A stretch of DNA of 64,000 bases. Source: Escherichia coli. Its GTDB lineage: Bacteria > Pseudomonadota > Gammaproteobacteria > Enterobacterales > Enterobacteriaceae. A program made the position numbers and the translations under genes. This document shows positions 46,513 to 57,571 of the stretch, in pieces. Where the stretch lies: NCBI RefSeq assembly GCF_022846255.1, contig NZ_AP025682.1. One strand, 5' to 3'. Each line of letters starts with the position of its first letter. The stretch's first letter is position 1. The notes beneath the pieces were generated by a model. The model was not told the DNA's origin. It did not search any database and saw only the letters and a list, made by a program, of their open reading frames with translations.

Positions 46513-46904
46513 AACATACTGAACTCCGTGCAGCCGTACTGGATGCACTGGAGAAGCATGACACCGGGGCGACGTTTTTTGATGGTCGCCCCGCTGTTTT
46601 TGATGAGGCGGATTTTCCGGCAGTTGCCGTTTATCTCACCGGCGCTGAATACACGGGCGAAGAGCTGGACAGCGATACCTGGCAGGCGGAGCTGCATATC
46701 GAAGTTTTCCTGCCTGCTCAGGTGCCGGATTCAGAGCTGGATTCGTGGATGGAGTCCCGGATTTACCCGGTGATGAGCGATATCCCGGCACTGTCAGATT
46801 TGATCACCAGTATGGTGGCCAGCGGCTATGACTACCGGCGCGACGATGATGCGGGCCTGTGGAGTTCAGCCGATCTGACTTATGTCATTACCTATGAAAT
46901 GTGA
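46509..46904 (+). CDS. U: tail terminator protein U
   Basis: 131 aa, lambda gpU-like. Confidence 0.9.
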   Translation: MKHTELRAAVLDALEKHDTGATFFDGRPAVFDEADFPAVAVYLTGAEYTGEELDSDTWQAELHIEVFLPAQVPDSELDSWMESRIYPVMSDIPALSDLITSMVASGYDYRRDDDAGLWSSADLTYVITYEM

Positions 46905-46911
46905 GGACGCT

Positions 46912-47652
46912 ATGCCTGTACCAAATCCTACAATGCCGGTGAAAGGTGCCGGGACCACCCTGTGGGTTTATAAGGGGAGCGGTGACCCTTATGCGAACCC
47001 GCTTTCAGACGTTGACTGGTCGCGTCTGGCAAAAGTTAAAGACCTGACGCCCGGCGAACTGACCGCTGAGTCCTATGACGACAGCTATCTCGATGATGAA
47101 GATGCAGACTGGACTGCGACCGGGCAGGGGCAGAAATCTGCCGGAGATACCAGCTTCACGCTGGCGTGGATGCCCGGAGAGCAGGGGCAGCAGGCGCTGC
47201 TGGCGTGGTTTAATGAAGGTGATATCCGTGCCTATAAAATCCGCTTCCCGAACGGCACGGTCGATGTGTTCCGTGGCTGGGTCAGCAGTATCGGTAAGGC
47301 GGTGACGGCGAAGGAAGTGATTACCCGCACGGTGAAGGTCACCAATGTGGGACGTCCGTCGATGGCAGAAGATCGCAGCACGGTGACGGCGACAACCGGC
47401 ATGACGGTGACACCCGCCAGTGCTTCCGTAGTGAAAGGGCAGAGCACCACGCTGACCGTGGCATTCCAGCCGGAGGGCGCAACCGACAAGAGCTTCCGTG
47501 CGGTGTCTGCGGATAAAACAAAAGCCACCGTGTCGGTCAGTGGTATGACCATCACCGTGAAAGGTGTTGCTGCAGGCAAGGTCAACATTCCGGTCGTATC
47601 CGGTAATGGTGAACTTGCTGCGGTTGCAGAAATCAACGTCACCGCCAGTTAA
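46912..47652 (+). CDS. V: major tail tube protein V
   Basis: 246 aa from [16 protein letters not shown] with C-terminal Ig-like domain. Confidence 0.95.
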   Translation: MPVPNPTMPVKGAGTTLWVYKGSGDPYANPLSDVDWSRLAKVKDLTPGELTAESYDDSYLDDEDADWTATGQGQKSAGDTSFTLAWMPGEQGQQALLAWFNEGDIRAYKIRFPNGTVDVFRGWVSSIGKAVTAKEVITRTVKVTNVGRPSMAEDRSTVTATTGMTVTPASASVVKGQSTTLTVAFQPEGATDKSFRAVSADKTKATVSVSGMTITVKGVAAGKVNIPVVSGNGELAAVAEINVTAS

Positions 47653-47667
47653 TCCGGAGAGTCAGCG

Positions 47668-48090
47668 ATGTTCCTGAAAACCGAATCATTTGAACATAAC
47701 GGTGTGACCGTCACGCTTTCTGAACTGTCAGCCCTGCAGCGTATTGAGCATCTCGCCCTGATGAAACGGCAGGCAGAACAGGCGGAGTCAGACAGCAACC
47801 GGAAGTTTACTGTGGAAGACGCCATCAGAACCGGCGCGTTTCTGGTGGCGATGTCCCTGTGGCATAACCATCCGAAGAAGACAAAGCTGCCTTCCATGAA
47901 TGAAGCCGTTAAACAGATTGAGCGGGAAGTGCTTACCACCTGGCCCACAGAGGCAATTTCTCATGCTGAAAACGTGGTGTACCGGCTGTCCGGTATGTAT
48001 GAGTTTGTGGTGAATGATGCTCCTGAACAGGCAGAGGACGCCGGGCCTGCAGAGCCTGTTTCTGCGGGAAAGTGTTCGACGGTGAGCTGA
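47668..48090 (+). CDS. G: tail assembly chaperone G
   Basis: 140 aa, lambda gpG-like. Confidence 0.9.
   Translation: MFLKTESFEHNGVTVTLSELSALQRIEHLALMKRQAEQAESDSNRKFTVEDAIRTGAFLVAMSLWHNHPKKTKLPSMNEAVKQIEREVLTTWPTEAISHAENVVYRLSGMYEFVVNDAPEQAEDAGPAEPVSAGKCSTVS
48066..48072 (+). promoter_or_regulatory. programmed -1 ribosomal frameshift slippery site GGGAAAG (G to GT fusion)
   Basis: heptamer near the 3' end of G; the downstream T frame has no ATG start. Confidence 0.7.
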
Positions 48091-48506
48091 GTTTTGCCCT
48101 GAAACTGGCGCGCGAGATGGGGCGACCCGACTGGCGTGCCATGCTTGCCGGGATGTCATCCACGGAGTATGCCGACTGGCACCGCTTTTACAGTACCCAT
48201 TATTTTCATGATGTTCTGCTGGATATGCACTTTTCCGGGCTGACGTACACCGTACTCAGCCTGTTTTTCAGCGATCCGGATATGCATCCGCTGGATTTCA
48301 GTCTGCTGAACCGGCGCGAGGCTGACGAAGAGCCTGAAGATGATGTGCTGATGCAGAAAGCGGCAGGGCTTGCCGGAGGTGTCCGCTTTGGCCCGGACGG
48401 GAATGAAGTTATCCCCGCTTCCCCGGATGTGGCGGACATGACGGAGGATGACGTAATGCTGATGACAGTATCAGAAGGGATCGCAGGAGGAGTCCGGTAT
48501 GGCTGA
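48072..48506 (+). CDS. T: tail assembly protein T (made only as G-T frameshift fusion)
   Basis: 144-codon frame continuing from the slippery site. Confidence 0.8.
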   Translation: MFDGELSFALKLAREMGRPDWRAMLAGMSSTEYADWHRFYSTHYFHDVLLDMHFSGLTYTVLSLFFSDPDMHPLDFSLLNRREADEEPEDDVLMQKAAGLAGGVRFGPDGNEVIPASPDVADMTEDDVMLMTVSEGIAGGVRYG

Positions 48507-51060
48507 ACCGGTAGGCGATCTGGTCGTTGATTTGAGTCTGGATGCGGCCAGATTTGACGAGCAGATGGCCAGAGTCAGGCGTCATTTTTCCGGTACGGAA
48601 AGTGATGCGAAAAAAACAGCGGCAGTCGTTGAACAGTCGCTGAGCCGACAGGCACTGGCTGCACAGAAAGCGGGGATTTCCGTCGGGCAGTATAAAGCTG
48701 CCATGCGTATGCTGCCTGCGCAGTTCACCGACGTGGCCACGCAGCTTGCAGGCGGGCAAAGTCCGTGGCTGATCCTGCTGCAACAGGGGGGGCAGGTGAA
48801 GGACTCCTTCGGCGGGATGATCCCCATGTTCAGGGGGCTTGCCGGTGCGATCACCCTGCCGATGGTCGGGGCCACCTCGCTGGCGGTGGCGACCGGTGCG
48901 CTGGCGTATGCCTGGTATCAGGGCAACTCAACCCTGTCCGATTTCAACAAAACGCTGGTCCTTTCCGGCAATCAGTCGGGTCTGACGGCAGATCGCATGC
49001 TGGTCCTGTCCAGAGCCGGGCAGGCGGCAGGGCTGACGTTTAACCAGACCAGCGAGTCACTCAGCGCACTGGTTAAGGCGGGAGTAAGCGGTGAGGCTCA
49101 GATTGCATCCATCAGCCAGAGTGTGGCGCGTTTCTCCTCTGCATCCGGCGTGGAGGTGGACAAGGTCGCTGAAGCCTTCGGGAAGCTGACCACAGACCCG
49201 ACGTCAGGGCTGACAGCGATGGCACGCCAGTTCCATAACGTGACGACGGAGCAGATTGCGTATGTTGCTCAGTTGCAGCGTTCCGGCGATGAAGCCGGGG
49301 CATTGCAGGCGGCGAACGAGGCCGCGACGAAAGGGTTTGATGACCAGACCCGCCGCCTGAAAGAGAACATGGGTACGCTGGAGACCTGGGCAGACAGGAC
49401 AGCGCGGGCATTCAAATCCATGTGGGATGCGGTGCTGGATATTGGTCGTCCTGATACCGCGCAGGAGATGCTGATTAAGGCAGAGGCTGCGTTTAAGAAA
49501 GCGGACGACATCTGGAGTCTGCGCAAGGATGATTATTTTGTTAACGATGAAGCGCGGGCGCGTTACTGGGATGATCGTGAAAAGGCCCGTCTTGCGCTTG
49601 AAGCCGCGAGAAAGAAGGCTGAGCAGCAGAGTCAACAGGACAAAAATGCGCAGCAGCAGAGCGATACTGAAGCGTCACGGCTGAAATATACCGAAGAGGC
49701 GCAGAAGGCTTACGAACGGCTGCAGACGCCGCTGGAGAAATATACCGCCCGTCAGGAAGAACTGAACAAGGCACTGAAGGACGGGAAAATTCTGCAGGCA
49801 GATTACAACACGCTGATGGCGGCGGCGAAAAAGGACTATGAAGCGACGCTGAAAAAGCCGAAACAGTCCGGCGTGAAGGTGTCTGCGGGCGATCGTCAGG
49901 AAGACAGTGCTCATGCTGCCCTGCTGACGCTTCAGGCTGAACTCCGGACGCTGGAGAAGCATGCCGGAGCAAATGAGAAAATCAGCCAGCAGCGCCGGGA
50001 TTTGTGGAAGGCGGAGAGTCAGTTCGCGGTACTGGAGGAGGCGGCGCAACGTCGCCAGCTGTCTGTACAGGAGAAATCCCTGCTGGCGCATAAAGATGAG
50101 ACGCTGGAGTACAAACGCCAGCTGGCTGCACTTGGCGACAAGGTTACGTATCAGGAGCGCCTGAACGCGCTGGCGCAGCAGGCGGATAAATTCGCACAGC
50201 AACAACGGGCAAAACGGGCAGCCATTGAGGCGAAAAACCGGGGGCTGACTGACCGGCAGGCAGCGCGGGACGCCACGGAACAGCGCCTGAAGGAACAGTA
50301 TGGCGATAATCCTCTGGCGCTGAATAACGTCATGTCAGAGCAGAAAAAGACCTGGGCGGCTGAAGACCTGCTTCGCGGGAACTGGATGGCAGGCCTCAGG
50401 TCCGGCTGGAGCGAGTGGAAAGAGAGTGCCACGGACAGTATGTCGCAGGTTAAAAGTGCTGCCACGCAGACCTTTGATGGTATTGCGCATAATATGGCGG
50501 CGATGCTGACCGGCAGTGAGCAGAACTGGCGAAGCTTCACCCGTTCCGTGCTGTCCATGATGACAGAAATTCTGCTTAAGCAGGCAATGGTGGGGATTGT
50601 CGGGAGTATCGGCAGCGCCATTGGCGGGGCTGTTGGTGGCGGCGCATCCGCGTCAGGCGGTACAGCCATTCAGGCCGCTGCGGCGAAATTCCATTTTGCA
50701 ACCGGAGGATTTACGGGAACCGGCGGCAAATATGAGCCAGCGGGGATTGTTCACCGTGGTGAGTTTGTCTTCACGAAGGAGGCAACCAGCCGGATTGGTG
50801 TCGGCAACCTGTACCGCCTAATGCGGGGCTATGCGGAAGGTGGTTATGTGGGCGGTGCCGGAAGTCCGGCGCAGATGCGGCGGGCTGAAGGCATTAATTT
50901 TAATCAGAACAATCACGTGGTGATTCAGAACGACGGTACGAATGGTCTGCCAGGTCCACAGATGATGAAGGCAGTGTATGACATGGCCCGCAAGGGTGCC
51001 CGTGATGAAATTCAGACACAGATGCGTGATGGTGGCCTGTTCTCCGGAGGTGGACGATGA
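48499..51060 (+). CDS. H: tail tape-measure protein H
   Basis: 853 aa, lambda gpH-like. Confidence 0.95.
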   Translation: MAEPVGDLVVDLSLDAARFDEQMARVRRHFSGTESDAKKTAAVVEQSLSRQALAAQKAGISVGQYKAAMRMLPAQFTDVATQLAGGQSPWLILLQQGGQVKDSFGGMIPMFRGLAGAITLPMVGATSLAVATGALAYAWYQGNSTLSDFNKTLVLSGNQSGLTADRMLVLSRAGQAAGLTFNQTSESLSALVKAGVSGEAQIASISQSVARFSSASGVEVDKVAEAFGKLTTDPTSGLTAMARQFHNVTTEQIAYVAQLQRSGDEAGALQAANEAATKGFDDQTRRLKENMGTLETWADRTARAFKSMWDAVLDIGRPDTAQEMLIKAEAAFKKADDIWSLRKDDYFVNDEARARYWDDREKARLALEAARKKAEQQSQQDKNAQQQSDTEASRLKYTEEAQKAYERLQTPLEKYTARQEELNKALKDGKILQADYNTLMAAAKKDYEATLKKPKQSGVKVSAGDRQEDSAHAALLTLQAELRTLEKHAGANEKISQQRRDLWKAESQFAVLEEAAQRRQLSVQEKSLLAHKDETLEYKRQLAALGDKVTYQERLNALAQQADKFAQQQRAKRAAIEAKNRGLTDRQAARDATEQRLKEQYGDNPLALNNVMSEQKKTWAAEDLLRGNWMAGLRSGWSEWKESATDSMSQVKSAATQTFDGIAHNMAAMLTGSEQNWRSFTRSVLSMMTEILLKQAMVGIVGSIGSAIGGAVGGGASASGGTAIQAAAAKFHFATGGFTGTGGKYEPAGIVHRGEFVFTKEATSRIGVGNLYRLMRGYAEGGYVGGAGSPAQMRRAEGINFNQNNHVVIQNDGTNGLPGPQMMKAVYDMARKGARDEIQTQMRDGGLFSGGGR

Positions 51061-51386
51061 AAACCTTCCGCTGGAAAGTGAAACCCGGTATGGATGTGGC
51101 TTCGGCCCCTTCTGTAAGAAAGGTGCGCTTTGGTGATGGCTATTCCCAGCGAGCGCCTGCCGGGCTGAATGCCAACCTGAAAACGTACAGCGTGACGCTT
51201 TCTGTCCCCCGTTGGGAGCCCACGGCGCTGGAGTCGTTTCTGGCTGAGCACGGGGGCTGGAAATCCTTTCTGTGGACGCCGCCTTATGAGTGGCGGCAGA
51301 TAAAGGTGACCTGCGCAAAATGGTCGTCGCGGGTCAGTATGCTGCGTGTTGAGTTCAGCGCAGAGTTTGAACAGGTGGTGAACTGA
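51057..51386 (+). CDS. M: tail tip protein M
   Basis: 109 aa, lambda gpM-like. Confidence 0.9.
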   Translation: MKTFRWKVKPGMDVASAPSVRKVRFGDGYSQRAPAGLNANLKTYSVTLSVPRWEPTALESFLAEHGGWKSFLWTPPYEWRQIKVTCAKWSSRVSMLRVEFSAEFEQVVN

Positions 51387-52084
51387 TGCAGGATATCCGG
51401 CAGGAAACATTGAATGAATGCACCCGTGCGGAGCAGTCGGCCAGCGTGGTGCTCTGGGAAATCGATCTGACAGAGGTCGGTGGAGAACGTTATTTTTTCT
51501 GTAATGAGCAGAACGAAAAAGGTGAGCCGGTCACCTGGCAGGGGCGACAGTATCAGCCGTATCCCATTCAGGGGAGTAGTTTTGAACTGAATGGCAAAGG
51601 CACCAGTACGCGCCCCACGCTGACGGTTTCTAACCTGTACGGTATGGTCACCGGGATGGTGGAAGATCTGCAGAGTCTGGTCGGCGGAACGGTGGTCAGG
51701 CGTAAGGTTTACGCCCGTTTTCTGGATGCGGTGAACTTCGTCAACGGAAACAGCGACGCCGATCCGGAGCAGGAGGTGATCAGCCGCTGGCGCATCGAGC
51801 AGTGCAGCGAACTGAGTGCGGTCAGTGCCTCCTTTGTACTGTCCACACCGACGGAAACGGATGGTGCCGTTTTTCCGGGGCGCATCATGCTGGCCAACAC
51901 CTGCACCTGGACCTATCGCGGCGATGAGTGCGGTTATCACGGTCCGGCGGTCGCGGATGAATATGACCAGCCAACGTCCGATATCACGAAGGATAAATGC
52001 AGCAAATGCCTGAGCGGTTGTAAGTTCCGCAATAACGTCGGCAACTTTGGCGGCTTCCTTTCCATTAACAAACTTTCGCAGTAA
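51386..52084 (+). CDS. L: tail tip protein L
   Basis: 232 aa with Cys cluster. Confidence 0.9.
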   Translation: MQDIRQETLNECTRAEQSASVVLWEIDLTEVGGERYFFCNEQNEKGEPVTWQGRQYQPYPIQGSSFELNGKGTSTRPTLTVSNLYGMVTGMVEDLQSLVGGTVVRRKVYARFLDAVNFVNGNSDADPEQEVISRWRIEQCSELSAVSASFVLSTPTETDGAVFPGRIMLANTCTWTYRGDECGYHGPAVADEYDQPTSDITKDKCSKCLSGCKFRNNVGNFGGFLSINKLSQ

Positions 52085-52089
52085 ATCCC

Positions 52090-52833
52090 ATGACACAGGC
52101 AGAATCAGCGATTCTGGCGCACGCCCGGCGATGTGCGCCAGCGGAGTCGTGCGGCTTCGTGGTAAGCACGCCGGAGGGGGAAAGATATTTCCCCTGCGTG
52201 AATATCTCCGGTGAGCCGGAGGCGTATTTCCGTATGTCGCCGGAAGACTGGCTGCAGGCAGAAATGCAGGGTGAGATTGTGGCGCTGGTCCACAGCCACC
52301 CCGGTGGTCTGCCCTGGCTGAGTGAGGCCGACCGGCGGCTGCAGGTGCAGAGTGATTTGCCGTGGTTGCTGGTCTGCCGGGGGGCGATTCATAAGTTCCG
52401 CTGTGTGCCGCATCTCACCGGGCGGCGCTTTGAGCACGGGGTGACGGACTGTTACACGCTGTTCCGGGATGCTTATCATCTGGCGGGGATTGAGATGCCG
52501 GATTTTCATCGTGAGGATGACTGGTGGCGTCACGGTCAGAATCTCTATCTGGATAATCTGGAGGCAACGGGGCTGTATCAGGTGCCGTTGTCAGCGGCGC
52601 AGCCGGGCGATGTGCTGCTGTGCTGTTTTGGTTCATCGGTGCCGAATCATGCCGCTATTTACTGCGGCGACGGCGAGCTGCTGCACCATATTCCTGAACA
52701 ACTGAGCAAACGAGAGAGGTATACCGACAAATGGCAGCGACGCACACACTCCCTCTGGCGTCACCGGGCATGGCGCGCATCTGCCTTTACGGGGATTTAC
52801 AACGATTTGGCCGCCGCATCGACCTTCGTGTGA
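52090..52833 (+). CDS. K: tail tip assembly protein K (JAB/MPN plus NlpC/P60-like)
   Basis: 247-aa ORF with HSHP motif; overlaps I as in lambda. Confidence 0.85.
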   Translation: MTQAESAILAHARRCAPAESCGFVVSTPEGERYFPCVNISGEPEAYFRMSPEDWLQAEMQGEIVALVHSHPGGLPWLSEADRRLQVQSDLPWLLVCRGAIHKFRCVPHLTGRRFEHGVTDCYTLFRDAYHLAGIEMPDFHREDDWWRHGQNLYLDNLEATGLYQVPLSAAQPGDVLLCCFGSSVPNHAAIYCGDGELLHHIPEQLSKRERYTDKWQRRTHSLWRHRAWRASAFTGIYNDLAAASTFV

Positions 52834-53402
52834 AAACGGGGGCTGAAGCCATTCGGGCGCTGGCCACACAGCTCCCGGCGTTTCGTCAGAAACTGAGCGA
52901 CGGCTGGTATCAGGTACGGATTTCCGGGCGGGACGTCAGCACGTCCGGATTGACGGCGCAGTTACATGAGGTTCTGCCTGACGGCGCTGTGATTCATATT
53001 GTTCCCAGAGTCGCCGGGGCCAAGTCAGGGGGCGTATTCCAGATTGTTCTGGGGGCTGCCGCCATTGCCGGATCATTCTTTACTGCCGGAGCCACCCTTG
53101 CAGCATGGGGGGCAGCCATTGGGGCCGGTGGTATGACCGGTATCCTGTTTTCTCTCGGTGCCAGTATGGTACTTGGTGGTGTGGCGCAGATGCTGGCACC
53201 GAAAGCCAGGACGCCCACGGCAGCCAGTACAGATAACGGCAAACAGAACACGTATTTCTCGTCACTGGATAACATGGTTGCCCAGGGCAATGTTCTGCCT
53301 GTTCTGTACGGGGAAATGCGCGTGGGGTCACGCGTGGTTTCTCAGGAGATCAGCACGGCAGACGAAGGGGACGGTGGTCAGGTTGTGGTGATTGGTCGCT
53401 GA
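52731..53402 (+). CDS. I: tail tip assembly protein I
   Basis: 223 aa, lambda gpI-like. Confidence 0.85.
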   Translation: MAATHTLPLASPGMARICLYGDLQRFGRRIDLRVKTGAEAIRALATQLPAFRQKLSDGWYQVRISGRDVSTSGLTAQLHEVLPDGAVIHIVPRVAGAKSGGVFQIVLGAAAIAGSFFTAGATLAAWGAAIGAGGMTGILFSLGASMVLGGVAQMLAPKARTPTAASTDNGKQNTYFSSLDNMVAQGNVLPVLYGEMRVGSRVVSQEISTADEGDGGQVVVIGR

Positions 53403-53462
53403 TGCAAAATGTTTTATGTGAAACCGCCTCCGGGCGGTTTTGTCGTTTATGGAGCATGACGA

Positions 53463-56400
53463 ATGGGTAAAGGCAGCAGTAAGGGGCATACCCCGCGCGA
53501 AGCGAAGGACAACCTGAAATCCACGCAGTTGCTGAGTGTGATTGATGCCATCAGTGAAGGGCCGGTTGAAGGTCCGGTGGATGGATTAAAAAGCGTGCTG
53601 CTGAACAGTACGCCGGTGCTGGACAGTGAGGGGAATACCAACATCTCCGGTGTCACGGTGGTGTTCCGGGCAGGTGAGCAGGAGCAGACACCGCCGGAGG
53701 GATTTGAATCCTCCGGTTCCGAGACGGTGCTGGGTACGGAAGTGAAATACGACACGCCGATCACCCGCACCATCACGTCGGCAAACATCGACCGTCTGCG
53801 CTTTACCTTCGGTGTGCAGGCACTGGTGGAAACCACCTCAAAGGGGGACAGGAATCCATCGGAAGTCCGCCTGCTGGTTCAGATACAACGTAACGGTGGC
53901 TGGGTGACGGAAAAAGACATCACCATTAAGGGCAAAACCACCTCGCAGTATCTGGCCTCGGTGGTGGTGGATAACCTGCCGCCGCGCCCGTTTAATATCC
54001 GGATGCGCAGGATGACGCCGGACAGCACCACAGACCAGCTGCAGAACAAAACGCTCTGGTCGTCATACACCGAAATCATCGATGTGAAACAGTGCTACCC
54101 GAACACGGCACTGGTCGGCGTGCAGGTGGATTCGGAGCAGTTCGGCAGCCAGCAGGTGAGCCGTAATTATCATCTGCGCGGGCGTATTCTGCAGGTGCCG
54201 TCGAACTATAACCCGCAGACGCGGCAATACAGCGGTATCTGGGACGGAACGTTTAAGCCAGCATACAGCAACAACATGGCCTGGTGTCTGTGGGATATGC
54301 TGACCCACCCGCGCTACGGCATGGGGAAACGTCTTGGTGCGGCAGATGTGGATAAATGGGCGCTGTATGTCATCGGCCAGTATTGCGACCAGTCAGTGCC
54401 GGACGGTTTTGGCGGCACGGAGCCGCGCATCACCTGTAATGCGTACCTGACCACACAGCGCAAGGCGTGGGATGTGCTCAGTGATTTCTGCTCGGCGATG
54501 CGCTGTATGCCGGTATGGAACGGGCAGACGCTGACGTTCGTGCAGGACCGACCGTCGGATAAGGTGTGGACCTATAACCGCAGTAATGTGGTGATGCCGG
54601 ATGATGGCGCGCCGTTCCGCTACAGCTTCAGCGCCCTGAAAGACCGCCATAATGCCGTTGAGGTGAACTGGATTGACCCGAACAACGGCTGGGAGACGGC
54701 GACAGAGCTTGTGGAGGACACGCAGGCCATTGCCCGTTACGGTCGTAACGTCACGAAGATGGATGCTTTTGGCTGTACCAGCCGGGGGCAGGCACACCGC
54801 GCCGGGCTGTGGCTGATTAAAACAGAACTGCTGGAAACGCAGACCGTGGACTTCAGCGTGGGCGCAGAAGGGCTTCGCCATGTGCCGGGCGATGTCATTG
54901 AAATCTGTGATGATGACTATGCCGGTATCAGCACCGGCGGGCGCGTGCTGGCGGTAAACAGCCAGACCCGGACGCTGACGCTCGACCGTGAAATCACGCT
55001 GCCATCCTCCGGCACCACGCTGATAAGCCTGGTTGACGGGCAGGGGAGTCCGGTCAGCGTGGAGGTCCAGTCCGTCACCGACGGTGTGAAGGTGAAAGTG
55101 AGCCGGGTTCCTGACGGAATAGCCGAATACAGCGTGTGGGGGCTGAAGCTGCCGACGCTGCGTCAGCGCCTGTTCCGCTGTGTGAGTATCCGTGAGAATG
55201 ATGACGGCACGTATGCCATCACCGCCGTGCAGCATGTACCGGAAAAAGAAGCCATCGTGGATAACGGGGCACACTTTGACGGCGACCGGAGCGGCACGGT
55301 GAATGGTGTCACGCCGCCAGCGGTGCAGCACCTGACCGCCGAAGTCATTGCAGACAGCGGGGAGTATCAGGTACTGGCCCGCTGGGACACGCCGAAGGTG
55401 GTGAAGGGCGTGAGCTTCCTGCTTCGCCTGACCGTGACAGCGGATGACGGCAGTGAGCGGCTGGTCAGCACGGCCCGGACGACGGAAACCACATACCGCT
55501 TCACACAACTGGCACCGGGGAACTACAGGCTGACAGTCCGGGCAGTAAATGCCCGGGGGCAGCAGGGAGACCCGGCGTCTGTATCGTTCCGGATTGCCGC
55601 ACCGGCAGCACCGTCGCGGATTGAGCTGACGCCGGGTTATTTTCAGATAACCGCCACGCCACATCTTGCGGTTTATGACCCGACGGTACAGTTTGAGTTC
55701 TGGTTTTCGGAAAAGCGGATTGCCGATATCCGGCAGGTTGAAACCACAGCGCGCTATCTTGGCACGGCGCTGTACTGGATAGCCGCCAGTATCAATATCA
55801 GGCCGGGCTATGATTATTATTTTTACGTTCGCAGTGTGAACACCGTTGGCAAATCTGCATTCGTGGAGGCTGTCGGTCAGGCGAGCGATGATGCGGAAGG
55901 TTACCTGGATTTTTTCAAAGGCAAGATAACCGAATCCCATCTCGGCAAGGAGCTGCTGGAAAAAGTCGAACTGACGGAGGGTAACGCCAGCAAACTGGAG
56001 GAGTTTTCGAAAGAGTGGAAGGACGCCATTGATAAATGGAATGCCATGTGGGGCGTCAAAATTGAGCAGACCAGAGACGGCAAACATTATGTCACGGGTA
56101 TTGGTCTCAGCATGGAGGACACGGTGAGCCAGTTTCTGGTTGCCGCTAACCGTATCGCGTTTATTGATCCGGCAAACGGGAATGAAACGCCGATGTTTGT
56201 GGCGCAGGGCAATCAGATATTCATGAACGACGTGTTCCTGAAACGCCTGACGGCCCCCACCATTACCAGTGGTGGAAATCCACCGGCATTTTCCCTGACA
56301 CCGGACGGAAAGCTGACTGCTAAAAATGCGGATATCAGTGGCAGTGTGAATGCGAACGCCGGGACGCTCAACAACGTCACGATAAATGAGAACTGTACGA

Positions 56401-56846
56401 TTAAAGGGAAACTGTCAGCCAATCAGATTGAAGGCGATATTGTCAAAACAGTGGGTAAGGCTTTCCCGCGGGATTCCCGTGCACCGGAGCAGTGGCCATC
56501 AGGGACCATTACCGTCAGAGTCTATGACGATCAGCCTTTTGACCGGCAAATTGTTATTCCCGCGGTGGCGTTTCGCGGAGCTAAACATGAGCGGGAGAAT
56601 AGCGATACTTATTCGTCATGCCGCCTGATAGTGAAGAAAAACGGTGCTGAAATTTATAACCGTACCGCACAGGATAGTACGCTGATTTATACAGGTGTTA
56701 TTGATATGCCTGCAGGCAGTGGCGTAATGACACTGGAGTTTTCTGTATCAGCATGGTGGGTAAATGGTTGGTATCCCACAGCAAGTATCAGCGATTTGCT
56801 GGTTGTGGTGATGAAGAAATCCACTGCAGGTATCACGATTAGCTGA
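53463..56846 (+). CDS. J: central tail fibre / host-specificity protein J
   Basis: 1127 aa; first ~960 aa lambda gpJ-like, last ~160 aa divergent. Confidence 0.95.
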   Translation: MGKGSSKGHTPREAKDNLKSTQLLSVIDAISEGPVEGPVDGLKSVLLNSTPVLDSEGNTNISGVTVVFRAGEQEQTPPEGFESSGSETVLGTEVKYDTPITRTITSANIDRLRFTFGVQALVETTSKGDRNPSEVRLLVQIQRNGGWVTEKDITIKGKTTSQYLASVVVDNLPPRPFNIRMRRMTPDSTTDQLQNKTLWSSYTEIIDVKQCYPNTALVGVQVDSEQFGSQQVSRNYHLRGRILQVPSNYNPQTRQYSGIWDGTFKPAYSNNMAWCLWDMLTHPRYGMGKRLGAADVDKWALYVIGQYCDQSVPDGFGGTEPRITCNAYLTTQRKAWDVLSDFCSAMRCMPVWNGQTLTFVQDRPSDKVWTYNRSNVVMPDDGAPFRYSFSALKDRHNAVEVNWIDPNNGWETATELVEDTQAIARYGRNVTKMDAFGCTSRGQAHRAGLWLIKTELLETQTVDFSVGAEGLRHVPGDVIEICDDDYAGISTGGRVLAVNSQTRTLTLDREITLPSSGTTLISLVDGQGSPVSVEVQSVTDGVKVKVSRVPDGIAEYSVWGLKLPTLRQRLFRCVSIRENDDGTYAITAVQHVPEKEAIVDNGAHFDGDRSGTVNGVTPPAVQHLTAEVIADSGEYQVLARWDTPKVVKGVSFLLRLTVTADDGSERLVSTARTTETTYRFTQLAPGNYRLTVRAVNARGQQGDPASVSFRIAAPAAPSRIELTPGYFQITATPHLAVYDPTVQFEFWFSEKRIADIRQVETTARYLGTALYWIAASINIRPGYDYYFYVRSVNTVGKSAFVEAVGQASDDAEGYLDFFKGKITESHLGKELLEKVELTEGNASKLEEFSKEWKDAIDKWNAMWGVKIEQTRDGKHYVTGIGLSMEDTVSQFLVAANRIAFIDPANGNETPMFVAQGNQIFMNDVFLKRLTAPTITSGGNPPAFSLTPDGKLTAKNADISGSVNANAGTLNNVTINENCTIKGKLSANQIEGDIVKTVGKAFPRDSRAPEQWPSGTITVRVYDDQPFDRQIVIPAVAFRGAKHERENSDTYSSCRLIVKKNGAEIYNRTAQDSTLIYTGVIDMPAGSGVMTLEFSVSAWWVNGWYPTASISDLLVVVMKKSTAGITIS

Positions 56847-56864
56847 ATTTTATAACCCATATAC

Positions 56865-56890
56865 GGGCGCCAGAAATGGCGCCTTTTTTA
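56865..56890 (+). terminator. rho-independent terminator after J
   Basis: GGGCGCCAGAAATGGCGCC followed by TTTTTT. Confidence 0.6.
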
Positions 56891-56913
56891 TTGCAGAAAA
56901 GCGAGAGGTAATT

Positions 56914-57513
56914 ATGCGTAAAGTTTGTGCCGCCATTTTGTCCGCCGCCATCTGTCTGGTCGTATCCGGTGCGCCTGCATGGGCATCTGAGCAGCAGGCC
57001 ACGCTGAGCGCGGGGTATCTTCATGCCCGGACGACCGCTCCCGGTAGCGATAATCTGAACGGGATTAACGTGAAATACCGTTATGAATTTACGGACACGC
57101 TGGGGCTGATTACGTCCTTCAGTTATGCCGACGCCGAAGATGAACATAAAACGCATTACAGCGATACCCGCTGGCATGAAGATTCCGTGCGTAACCGCTG
57201 GTTCAGCGTAATGGCGGGGCCGTCTGTGCGTGTGAATGAATGGTTCAGTGCGTATGCGATGGGGGGTGTGGCTTACAGCCGTGTGTCGACTTTTTCCGGG
57301 GATTATCTCCGCGTAACTGACAACACGGGGAAAACGCACGATGTGCTGACCGGAAGTGATGACGGTCGCCACAGCAACACGTCTCTGGCGTGGGGGGCTG
57401 GCGTGCAGTTTAACCCGACCGAATCCGTGGCCATTGATATTGCTTATGAAGGCTCCGGCAGTGGTGACTGGCGCACTGACGGTTTCATCGTGGGTGTCGG
57501 TTATAAATTCTGA
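56914..57513 (+). CDS. lom: outer-membrane protein Lom (Ail/OmpX family)
   Basis: 199 aa with signal peptide and C-terminal YKF. Confidence 0.9.
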   Translation: MRKVCAAILSAAICLVVSGAPAWASEQQATLSAGYLHARTTAPGSDNLNGINVKYRYEFTDTLGLITSFSYADAEDEHKTHYSDTRWHEDSVRNRWFSVMAGPSVRVNEWFSAYAMGGVAYSRVSTFSGDYLRVTDNTGKTHDVLTGSDDGRHSNTSLAWGAGVQFNPTESVAIDIAYEGSGSGDWRTDGFIVGVGYKF

Positions 57514-57540
57514 TTAGCCAGGTAACACAGTGTTATGACA

Positions 57541-57567
57541 GCCCGCCGGTTCAGGCGGGCTTTTTTG
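57541..57567 (+). terminator. rho-independent terminator after lom
   Basis: GCCCGCCGGTTCAGGCGGGC followed by TTTTTT. Confidence 0.6.
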
Positions 57568-57571
57568 TGGG

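Noticed and set aside
54393-56087. 564-aa minus-strand ORF inside J
   Set aside because: Antisense to a strongly conserved lambda-like J gene, Arg/Pro/Gly-rich with no start context; typical antisense ORF in a high-GC gene.
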